Origin: Candidatus Amesbacteria bacterium RIFOXYB1_FULL_44_23
GTDB lineage: Bacteria; Patescibacteriota; Microgenomatia; CAZETR01; Amesbacteraceae
Direction: 5' to 3'
Assembly (NCBI GenBank): GCA_001773775.1
Contig: MEXR01000001.1
Coordinates: 1 to 41,180 of the forward strand
Length of the DNA: 41,180 nt
Shown in pieces: positions 27,559 through 34,917 of this stretch; position 1 is the first letter of the stretch, and each line of letters starts with the position of its first letter. Under the pieces are notes generated by a model that worked only from the letters and a program-made list of their open reading frames with translations, did no database searches and was not told the DNA's origin. The position numbers and the translations under genes are program-made.

Positions 27559-28569
27559 ATGCGTATCGGATTTTGTTACAACATCAAACATAACGATGGC
27601 CAAGGGTATGCTTCTGAACTGGACTTTGACGCCCCTGAAACAATCAATGATATTGCCAAAAGTCTTGAAGAAATCGGTCATACTGTCAAACACATCGAAG
27701 TCGTTGAGGATATCTTCAGTAGGCTAGCCTACGAAAAATCTGAAATCGATATTGTTTTTAATATCGCTGAGGGGTTATGGGGAGATGCCAGAGAAAGTTG
27801 GGTCCCTTTGGCTTGTGAAGTTCACAAGATTCCTTATACCCACTCAACTCCCTCTGTTTTGGCTCTTTGCCTTGATAAAACGTTGACTAAACTTGCTGTT
27901 TCCGGACTGGGAGTTAGAGTTCCAAAGTCATTTCTTGTTTCTCCCGGTCAACCTCTGCCGTCTCAAATTAAGTTTCCGGTGATTATCAAACCTAACGCCG
28001 AAGGATCAAGTGTCGGAATTTTTGATGCCAATGTCGTTAATGATTTACCGGCCCTTTCAGCCAGACTGGAAAAACTACGTTCCGATGGTCTTACCGGCAA
28101 TCTGATGGTTGAAGAATATATTGATGGCCGGGAGTTTACGGTCGGCCTGTTGGGTAATAATCCCACTACCACTCTTCCGGTTATCGAACAAAACTTTAAC
28201 ATTCTCCCCGAAGGCATGAAAAAAATCGCCGGATATGAACTCAAATGGCTGGTAGAGGATTCATTGGCTGACATTACTCAGGCTTATGTCTGTCCGGCTA
28301 ACTTAACTGCTTCCCAGCAACAGGAAATCGAATCTACTTCTCAAACAATTTTTAATGGTTTAAATATTTACGATTGTGCCCGGATTGATTACCGGATGGA
28401 CGCCACCGGAAAATTATATTTCCTGGAAGTAAACCCGCTACCGGGATTAAACCCTGACCCTAAAGTTATCAGCTATTTTCCCTTAGCCAGCCGGACCGCC
28501 GGAATACGCTTTACCAAAGTTTTGGACCAGATTATTTCAGGAGCCGCAAAAAGATTTCACCTGCTGTAA
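27559..28569 (+). CDS. D-alanine--D-alanine ligase family ATP-grasp protein (Ddl-like, function unknown)
   Basis: MRIGFCYNIK N-terminus, VIIKPNAEGSSVGI, EEYIDGREFTVGLLG and YFLEVNPLPGL are ATP-grasp hallmarks. ATG 27559 lies 2 nt after the preceding stop. The ORF-track start at 27472 overlaps the upstream gene. Confidence 0.85.
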   Translation: MRIGFCYNIKHNDGQGYASELDFDAPETINDIAKSLEEIGHTVKHIEVVEDIFSRLAYEKSEIDIVFNIAEGLWGDARESWVPLACEVHKIPYTHSTPSVLALCLDKTLTKLAVSGLGVRVPKSFLVSPGQPLPSQIKFPVIIKPNAEGSSVGIFDANVVNDLPALSARLEKLRSDGLTGNLMVEEYIDGREFTVGLLGNNPTTTLPVIEQNFNILPEGMKKIAGYELKWLVEDSLADITQAYVCPANLTASQQQEIESTSQTIFNGLNIYDCARIDYRMDATGKLYFLEVNPLPGLNPDPKVISYFPLASRTAGIRFTKVLDQIISGAAKRFHLL

Positions 28570-29342
28570 TTAATAGTCAATTTGGCGGATAAATTAGGGT
28601 CACTGTCAAAGTTTCCGATAAAAAACTTATTATTTGGGTTTGCCGCCAGACCTTTGATCATCAGTCCAATTGAATTTCCACTTCTCCAGCCATCATTGCC
28701 GACAATCTCGGAAATCACAGAAGTCACATCGGATAGTTGATACCAATTCCCGGCTCGCCAATTAACATCTCCGCTAACTTTGCCAACTGCTTTGGTTAAA
28801 TTTCTGGCTGAGGGTAAATAATTTGAGGAGAAACTCAAACAATTACCCGAGGCCTCGCCGTAAACCACTGCATCCAGGTAGCCTTTTTGCGCTGTCGGAG
28901 CATAAACAGTCAACTTGGCTGATATGATTTTGGCAAACCGGCTAACCGGAACACCGGTAAATCGTAAACCCAGCCAACTTGAAGCCGGAACACTTCCGGT
29001 TCCTGTCCACATCTGCTTCTCTGACCGCAATTTAATTCCGTCCTGGTTTACATCATCAAACTGATATTTAATCTGCTGGGAAACTAATGTCCCCTGAACT
29101 GGTCCCACGTTTGGGACGGCAGTCGGGTTAGGTATGTCCACCACCATCTGTTCCGGTGTGGCCGTAGGCCTGGGGGTAACTACCGGCCTGGGGGTCCTGG
29201 TAGGCGTAATCTCGGCATAAGTTCTGGTTGCCACCCACTCATTAATGGGTTTAAATTTTGAGGCCAATATCTGAATGGTTAATAATCCAATCGTTAAAAT
29301 TAAAGCCAGTGTAGTCAGAAAGCCTGAAAATTTAGATTGCAT
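28557..29342 (-). CDS. Membrane-anchored or secreted hypothetical protein, 261 aa
   Basis: N-terminal TM/signal (FLTTLALILTIGLLTIQILA), a Pro/Thr-rich linker, and a beta-rich C-domain. Its 3' end overlaps the convergent ATP-grasp gene by 13 nt. Confidence 0.7.
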   Translation of the reverse strand: MQSKFSGFLTTLALILTIGLLTIQILASKFKPINEWVATRTYAEITPTRTPRPVVTPRPTATPEQMVVDIPNPTAVPNVGPVQGTLVSQQIKYQFDDVNQDGIKLRSEKQMWTGTGSVPASSWLGLRFTGVPVSRFAKIISAKLTVYAPTAQKGYLDAVVYGEASGNCLSFSSNYLPSARNLTKAVGKVSGDVNWRAGNWYQLSDVTSVISEIVGNDGWRSGNSIGLMIKGLAANPNNKFFIGNFDSDPNLSAKLTINYSR

Positions 29343-29382
29343 ACCCTTATTAGCTTAATAAATCTAAATCTCAAACACAATC

Positions 29383-31182
29383 CTATGTCTGAGGCGGTAG
29401 GGGATCCTTTGGAGCCAGAACTTTTTCCAGCCATTTTGCATATTCTCCCTGCATTTGTATAAGCTCATCCGGCGAACCCTGCTCCAATATTTTTCCCTGC
29501 TTTATCAAAATTACCCGTTCGGCTTTCTGGGATGAAGAAATCTTGTCAGATACTGTAATTACGGTCGGAACAGAAAGGTAAAGTTGTTCAAATATTTCTC
29601 TTTCTGTTTTTGCGGCGATGTTTTTGGCACTAATCCACAAAAGCCACTTGGGATTTCTGAATAACACTCTAGCCAGCAACACCTTAGTCAAAAATCCCGG
29701 GCCCACGGCAGACGGGAGATCGGAAACCACTTGCGCCAGTTTGTTGGGCATCCCCATGACCTGGTCATAAATTCCTACCCTATGTAGCACGGGTGTCAGT
29801 TGTTCTTCATCTTTGGAGTCTGTGTTGAGGACTATATTTTCAGCCACCGACAAAAATGGAAAATAGGACCCCCCTACATTTACCAGCATAATATCTTCAG
29901 GAAGGGATTTAACCAAACCTCCGTTAACCAGTACATCGCCCGCTGTCGGGGTCAATTGCAAGGTCAACAATTTTGAAATCACATCCCGAGTTATCATATC
30001 AGGGATAATCAGGTCTGTTTTTACTCCGGATCTGAAATTAATGTGCAGGTTTTCCACCACCGGAAAAGGGACGCTGATCGTGGAAAATGTTACATGGTTA
30101 AGTTCCAGCTCCAAAATTTCTGAATCCTTGTTGATGGTATCAATCTCAGTTTCTTTCCAAAAAAATACATTTTCCACATCAATGACTTTGGTGATGCTTT
30201 CTTCCAGCAGGTTGTAGCTGGTAGCTATCTTTTTCAGTTTGGTTTCTAGTAGATTAATCAAGCGCAGTTGTACGTATATTGACCCGACTGCCGACAAAGT
30301 AGAGTTTTTAAACAATACCCAGGCATAACCCACCAGTGAGGCTAAACTATTTACCAGGTCAAGCATTTTATTTGCAGATTGCCATTGTCTCAGGGTAGTA
30401 CCGGTAGACTTTTCGTAATATTTTTTCAAATCAATATATTTTTTATCGATAAGCGCCGACAAATTCCTATCTCTGAACTGAAACAGATTAGCTCTGTCAA
30501 GCCACATTTTCATAATCAGCCGCAGTCTGGCCATTATCTTTTTGGACCTTTTTTGAGACAGGCTGTGCCTCTTGCGCATAAATTTATCCAGCCAAAGTCG
30601 GGGCACTGAAAGTACAAGCAAAATAACCGCCAGCGGCCAGGCCAGGTAGGCCATAATTATCAAAAGAATTAGCGACGCCGTCACATCGCTTAAAAAATTA
30701 ACCACCACCAGGTAATGGTTATATAGATGCTCCGAATTGTTATATTTTTCCGACAATTGTTCGTTGGTTATCTTTCTGTCGAGTGCTTTGATGTCGGTTC
30801 GCAGCAGCTTGTGCAAAAAAGCTCTTTTCAATTGCAATATCAGTGCCGATTTACGTTTGGCCACGTAACTCTGCTCAAACAAGGTCATCAGATTGTTCCA
30901 AATCTGGTAAGCGGCGTACAGACCGAAGGCTTGCCAGGCGGCAGTTGAACTGAATCCCTGTCTGGCAAATCCGGCAATCGCGTTGATAATAAACCCATAC
31001 ACGGCAATCGAAACAATCCCCTTGATATTCGAAAGCAGGGTCAAAAAGTACAAAAATACGCCCAGGTGCTTATCCAGCAAGCTACAGTAATGACAAACCC
31101 ATCTTGAATGCTTAATGACCTCGGATACTGAATATGATGCAGATTCTTCTTCCATTTCGACTAGTAAGCCGATTTCTTCCAT
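29383..31182 (-). CDS. ABC exporter-like protein (TMD + NBD) with degenerate ATPase motifs
   Basis: Six-helix type I exporter-like N-half and an NBD-like C-half. By-eye alignment puts IIPDMITRD where Walker A belongs, LPSAVGPGF at the signature, LLWISA at Walker B and VSDK at the H-loop. The ORF track starts at TTG 31194. I prefer ATG 31182, which has TATAAT (31194-31199, minus strand) 11 nt upstream. Confidence 0.75.
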   Translation of the reverse strand: MEEIGLLVEMEEESASYSVSEVIKHSRWVCHYCSLLDKHLGVFLYFLTLLSNIKGIVSIAVYGFIINAIAGFARQGFSSTAAWQAFGLYAAYQIWNNLMTLFEQSYVAKRKSALILQLKRAFLHKLLRTDIKALDRKITNEQLSEKYNNSEHLYNHYLVVVNFLSDVTASLILLIIMAYLAWPLAVILLVLSVPRLWLDKFMRKRHSLSQKRSKKIMARLRLIMKMWLDRANLFQFRDRNLSALIDKKYIDLKKYYEKSTGTTLRQWQSANKMLDLVNSLASLVGYAWVLFKNSTLSAVGSIYVQLRLINLLETKLKKIATSYNLLEESITKVIDVENVFFWKETEIDTINKDSEILELELNHVTFSTISVPFPVVENLHINFRSGVKTDLIIPDMITRDVISKLLTLQLTPTAGDVLVNGGLVKSLPEDIMLVNVGGSYFPFLSVAENIVLNTDSKDEEQLTPVLHRVGIYDQVMGMPNKLAQVVSDLPSAVGPGFLTKVLLARVLFRNPKWLLWISAKNIAAKTEREIFEQLYLSVPTVITVSDKISSSQKAERVILIKQGKILEQGSPDELIQMQGEYAKWLEKVLAPKDPLPPQT

Positions 31183-31193
31183 GTATACAGCCA

Positions 31194-31231
31194 ATTATAG
31201 TCGCATTTAAATACCATTTAAACGGTATAAT
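31194..31231. promoter_or_regulatory. Back-to-back -10 boxes in the ABC-like/obg divergent gap
   Basis: Minus-strand TATAAT at 31194-31199 and plus-strand TATAAT at 31226-31231. The latter is 6 nt upstream of the obg GTG at 31238. Confidence 0.4.
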
Positions 31232-31237
31232 CTTGAT

Positions 31238-32197
31238 GTGCTAATAGATGAGGTTGATATCACTCTAAAAGCCGGCCATGGTGGTCGGGGCATAGTTTCC
31301 TTTGACATGGTGGGGCCGGATGGGGGAAATGGCGGTCGGGGAGGCGATGTTTTTGTCAATGTGACTTCTGATCTCAAGGCCCTAAACCAATTTTCCGGAA
31401 AAAAAGAGGCTGCAGCCGAAGACGGCCAGCCCGGAGCCAAAAAACATTCACATGGACAAAAAGGCAAAGATTTAACTCTGATTCTTCCGGTCGGTTCATC
31501 TCTTAACGATCTGGAGACCGGAGAAGTGGTTGAACTGGAAACTGTCGGCCAAACACTATTGATTTGTAAAGGCGGATTAGGTGGCCGGGGCAATCTGGAA
31601 TTCAAATCATCCAAAAACCGTTCTCCGGATTATGCTCAGCCGGGACTGCCGGGTCAAATTAAAAATCTAAAAATAATCCTTAGGTTTATCGCCGATTACG
31701 GGTTGGTGGGTTTGCCGAATGCCGGCAAAAGCAGCCTTCTTAACGAATTAACCAACGCCAAAGCTACAGTCGGGGCATACCCATTTACTACACTTGAGGC
31801 CAATTTGGGCGCTTTCGGTCAAAAAATAATTGCAGATATTCCCGGACTAATCGAAGGCGCCTCATCCGGAAAAGGCTTGGGGACGAAATTTTTAAAACAC
31901 ATCGAAAAAGTTAAAATTCTTCTGCATTGCATTTCATCGGAATCTTCGGACGTTATTTCTGACTATCACACCATAACTAGCGAACTTCAGACCTTTAGCT
32001 CTGAGTTGGTCACCAAAGACCGGATAATCCTGCTTACCAAATCTGATCTGGTAGACCAGACTATTCTAAATGAGCAAATTTCCAAATTGTCAGTTTTTGG
32101 GCACGTGATATATCCGGTCTCAATTTACAACTTCGAAAGCGTCGAAAAAATTAAAAAGATTCTCTCTGCCCGTGAGGATCCGGTCGCCGGTAACTAA
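31238..32197 (+). CDS. obg: GTPase Obg/CgtA
   Basis: Gly-rich Obg fold (KAGHGGRGIVSF, GPDGGNGGRGGDV, GGLGGRGN). G domain GLPNAGKSSL, DIPGLIEGA, TKSD. GTG start. Confidence 0.93.
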   Translation: MLIDEVDITLKAGHGGRGIVSFDMVGPDGGNGGRGGDVFVNVTSDLKALNQFSGKKEAAAEDGQPGAKKHSHGQKGKDLTLILPVGSSLNDLETGEVVELETVGQTLLICKGGLGGRGNLEFKSSKNRSPDYAQPGLPGQIKNLKIILRFIADYGLVGLPNAGKSSLLNELTNAKATVGAYPFTTLEANLGAFGQKIIADIPGLIEGASSGKGLGTKFLKHIEKVKILLHCISSESSDVISDYHTITSELQTFSSELVTKDRIILLTKSDLVDQTILNEQISKLSVFGHVIYPVSIYNFESVEKIKKILSAREDPVAGN

Positions 32198-33246
32198 CAT
32201 CTCTCGTCTTGCTTAATAGCTCCATCAGCCGACACTTTGATTGATCTGCAGCTTCCATTCACACTCACTTTTCCTTCCCATGAGCCATCGTCCTCGTATT
32301 CACCTTTTAAATAAGTTGCTGTCGGATACTTGCCGGTTACGGCACTAGGTAGCGAAGTATTTGAACTGCTGTTTTCACCGTCATTGGTAGCGGGTGCAGT
32401 ATTGGCGGTGGGCGGGTCGGTGATAACAGAAACATTCGAAACAGTCGAGTCCAAATTACCCAATAAATAACCAGCCAGTAAATTGAAAGCGGTATTGGAA
32501 TGTGAGCCTTTGCCGTCCTGGGTTTGAAACGCGGTTGTCGCGTCTTGGCCGCACACTCGGGTTATTTCAGCTGATCCACCCGGATGTGCGGTTATATAAC
32601 CGGTCACGTTATAAACTCTTCCGGAAATAATCAGCCAGCAATTTCCTGGGTTATTATGCTTGGCAACTTCAGAAGCAGTCAGAGTCAGATTGGCCGGAGC
32701 TGATATTGAGCTTGGACTGGAAGCTGCAACTGGCGGACGGGTTGGGATTAAAACGGTACCACTATCGGTATTTGGGGCAATTGTTTTTCGCGGACCGGGT
32801 ATGGACTGACCTAATTTTCCAATCAGGTATTGATTAAGCATCCCAAATGCCACAGATGAGTGTTTTTCCCCTGGGTTTTTTCCCTGAGTGGCAAACCCTA
32901 CACTTCCGTCTTTGCCGCAAAACGGTTTCATGGCCTCGGTTCCCCCCGGATGGTCCACTAGAAATTTTGTAAAAGAATACACCGAGCCGTCGATTATCAT
33001 CCAGCAATCGCTTTCGGTGGCGTGTTTGCCAACCAGCTCAGCCGTAAGAACTATCATTTGCACTTCTCCTGGAGCATCTGAAATTAAATCTGAATTAGCA
33101 GTTTCGGTAGCAGCAACAAAATCTTCTTTTACACTCGAAGTCGTTCCGAAGGTTTTCACAAAAAATTCCGCCATCAATAACGCCGAAGAGACAGTCAAAG
33201 ACAGTACCAACCACACCGCTGTAAATATTTTTAATTTGCCAGTCAT
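32194..33246 (-). CDS. Membrane-anchored protein with two cytochrome b5-like heme-binding domains
   Basis: N-terminal signal anchor MTGKLKIFTAVWLVLSLTVSSALLMA. Two copies of the b5 pattern: CWMIIDGSVYSFTKFLVDHPGG...KHSSVAF and CWLIISGRVYNVTGYITAHPGG...DATTAF...SHSNTAF. Pro/Ser/Thr linkers. A roughly 60-aa C-terminal domain with 2 Cys. Its 3' end overlaps the obg stop by 4 nt. Confidence 0.85.
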   Translation of the reverse strand: MTGKLKIFTAVWLVLSLTVSSALLMAEFFVKTFGTTSSVKEDFVAATETANSDLISDAPGEVQMIVLTAELVGKHATESDCWMIIDGSVYSFTKFLVDHPGGTEAMKPFCGKDGSVGFATQGKNPGEKHSSVAFGMLNQYLIGKLGQSIPGPRKTIAPNTDSGTVLIPTRPPVAASSPSSISAPANLTLTASEVAKHNNPGNCWLIISGRVYNVTGYITAHPGGSAEITRVCGQDATTAFQTQDGKGSHSNTAFNLLAGYLLGNLDSTVSNVSVITDPPTANTAPATNDGENSSSNTSLPSAVTGKYPTATYLKGEYEDDGSWEGKVSVNGSCRSIKVSADGAIKQDERC

Positions 33247-33255
33247 TAGCAGACT

Positions 33256-33298
33256 ATTATATAAAATTCACCCAATTTATGTTTAGATTGACTATAAT
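33256..33298. promoter_or_regulatory. Back-to-back -10 boxes in the 58-nt divergent gap
   Basis: Minus-strand TATAAT at 33256-33261, 9 nt from ATG 33246. Plus-strand TATAAT at 33293-33298, 6 nt from ATG 33305. Confidence 0.45.
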
Positions 33299-33304
33299 AA
33301 ATTC

Positions 33305-34612
33305 ATGAATGCAACTGGAAAGCTTTTAGGTAAATCCGGCCCCCTGATAATCACGTTTTTAGCCCTGCTGCCCGTGTTGTTTTGGCTGCCGTTTTCCGAC
33401 TTTTCCTCTCCCTCCAAAATATGGCTTAGTACTGGCCAATTTGCCGGACTGGCAGGGTATTCCTTGTATGCCCTAAACATCATTCTTTCGGCCAGGTTCA
33501 GGTTTACCGAAAATCTGTTTGTCGGATTAAACCGGGTTTACATTTTTCATCATTTAGTTGGCATCGTAGCCTTTGTATTAATGCTGTACCATCCGCTGGG
33601 CATTGCGTTTTCCTACCTTTATATTTCACTTTCAGCCGCAGCCGGTATTTTGATCCCGTCATTGTCCAATGTTCCTGTTCTTTTTGGTATCCTGGCTCAG
33701 TTAACTACCGAAGTCCTGATTGTTTTGACTCTTTATGTCCGCCTCGAATACAATTTTTGGAAGAGGACTCATCAGTTTTTAGGTGGAGCTCTTTTTTTAG
33801 CCAGTCTGCACGTTGTTTTGATCGGTAGCACTCTGGATCAGAGCCTGCCGTTAAAACTCTACTTATACGCTCTTGCGGCGGTATCTTTGTCCTGCTTTAC
33901 TTACCGAACTCTTCTGGGCCGGATCTTGGTGAAAAAGCGGGCCTACATAGTCGAAAAAGCGGCCGCACTCACCCAAGACATTCAGGAGATAGTTCTTAAG
34001 CCGGAGTCAGGAAAGCCCATTATTTTTCACCCCGGTCAGTTTGTATTTGTCGAGCCCCAAGCCAGGGGAGTGCCCAAAGAATCACACCCCTTCTCCATTG
34101 TTTCTGCCAGAAATTCTGACCGGTTGGTTTTTGCCAGTAAGTCTGTTGGGGGCTTTACCGAAACTCTTAAGCTGATAACCCCCAGAACCAGGTTTTTAGT
34201 TGAAGGTCCCTTCGGACGCTTCAGCTACGACTATTTCCCCAACTCCCATCAATTGTGGATAGCCGGAGGCATCGGGGTAACGCCGTTTATTAGTATGGCC
34301 AGAAGTCTTAAACCTGATCCAGGGTCAAAAATAGATTTGTATTACCTGGTTAAAGAGGAATCAGAAGCTGTGTACGTTAGAGAGCTAAAACAAATTTCCC
34401 AGGATGTACCTAATTTTCATTTCGTTCTTCATGATAGCTCTAAAAAGGGGAGACTGACAGTTGATTCTCTTTCTAAAGACCTTCCTGATTTGGTCCAGAA
34501 GGAAATATTCATTTGTGGGCCGCCAGCCATGATGTCAGCTTACAAAAAGCAATTTTGCGAAATGAAAATCAGTTCCTTCCGCATTCATTCCGAAGAATTC
34601 TCCCTAAATTAA
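33305..34612 (+). CDS. NOX / ferric-reductase-type flavocytochrome (6-TM bis-heme domain + FAD + NAD(P)H domains)
   Basis: Six TM helices. His pairs H82/H96 (i, i+14) and H156/H169 (i, i+13) lie in two helices, the same spacing as gp91phox H101/H115 and H209/H222. FAD motif HPFSIVSA, NAD(P)H motif GGIGVTPF, and C-terminal ICGPPAMM. Confidence 0.85.
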   Translation: MNATGKLLGKSGPLIITFLALLPVLFWLPFSDFSSPSKIWLSTGQFAGLAGYSLYALNIILSARFRFTENLFVGLNRVYIFHHLVGIVAFVLMLYHPLGIAFSYLYISLSAAAGILIPSLSNVPVLFGILAQLTTEVLIVLTLYVRLEYNFWKRTHQFLGGALFLASLHVVLIGSTLDQSLPLKLYLYALAAVSLSCFTYRTLLGRILVKKRAYIVEKAAALTQDIQEIVLKPESGKPIIFHPGQFVFVEPQARGVPKESHPFSIVSARNSDRLVFASKSVGGFTETLKLITPRTRFLVEGPFGRFSYDYFPNSHQLWIAGGIGVTPFISMARSLKPDPGSKIDLYYLVKEESEAVYVRELKQISQDVPNFHFVLHDSSKKGRLTVDSLSKDLPDLVQKEIFICGPPAMMSAYKKQFCEMKISSFRIHSEEFSLN

Positions 34613-34666
34613 AAACAAGCTTAACGAATCCGAACAATTGCCGGTGTCTTTACCAAAGTTCCAGTG

Positions 34667-34672
34667 TATAAT
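34667..34672 (+). promoter_or_regulatory. -10 box TATAAT, 6 nt upstream of ATG 34679
   Basis: gtgTATAATcgtttcATG. There is no convincing -35 box. Confidence 0.4.
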
Positions 34673-34678
34673 CGTTTC

Positions 34679-34840
34679 ATGGCCAAAAGAGCAACCGGAG
34701 TCGGAAAACACGGAAAAATTCGCAATCACAAAACAGCCAAACGGCTGGAGGTCAAACGTTTGATGCTAATTGAGAAAAATAGCCAGCACAGAAAACATAA
34801 CCGAAAAATAAACCCCGAAAGACTAAAGCCGCAATTGTAG
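34679..34840 (+). CDS. Small, very basic protein, 53 aa (below the ORF-track cutoff)
   Basis: MAKRATGVGKHGKIRNHKTAKRLEVKRLMLIEKNSQHRKHNRKINPERLKPQL, stop TAG at 34838-34840. It has a leaderless-type promoter and lies in an otherwise empty 305-nt gap. Confidence 0.4.
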   Translation: MAKRATGVGKHGKIRNHKTAKRLEVKRLMLIEKNSQHRKHNRKINPERLKPQL

Positions 34841-34917
34841 GTTAGGATTCAGTTTTCCCCCTTGATTAATCTCCCGGTGTCTTGTAATAATCAAGAAATC
34901 AATTTATTGCCATACAG

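Noticed and set aside
31207-31614. 135-aa ORF on the minus strand opposite obg
   Set aside because: It lies antisense to the Gly-rich Obg fold, and its Pro/Ser/Arg-rich product is what GGN repeats give on the other strand. The obg call on the plus strand is unambiguous.
32194-32400. The C-terminal roughly 60 aa of the b5 protein as an FMN_bind-type (flavinylated) domain
   Set aside because: It shows only a vague Y..G.Y...G.v.V resemblance. The protein ends before the region where the flavinylation motif would lie, so this is not supportable by eye.
34641-34884. 10-mer ccggtgtctt present upstream of both the 53-aa ORF and the 34918 gene
   Set aside because: A single 10-nt repeat about 230 nt apart is within chance expectation for a 41-kb window. 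It is not positioned consistently relative to the -10 boxes.
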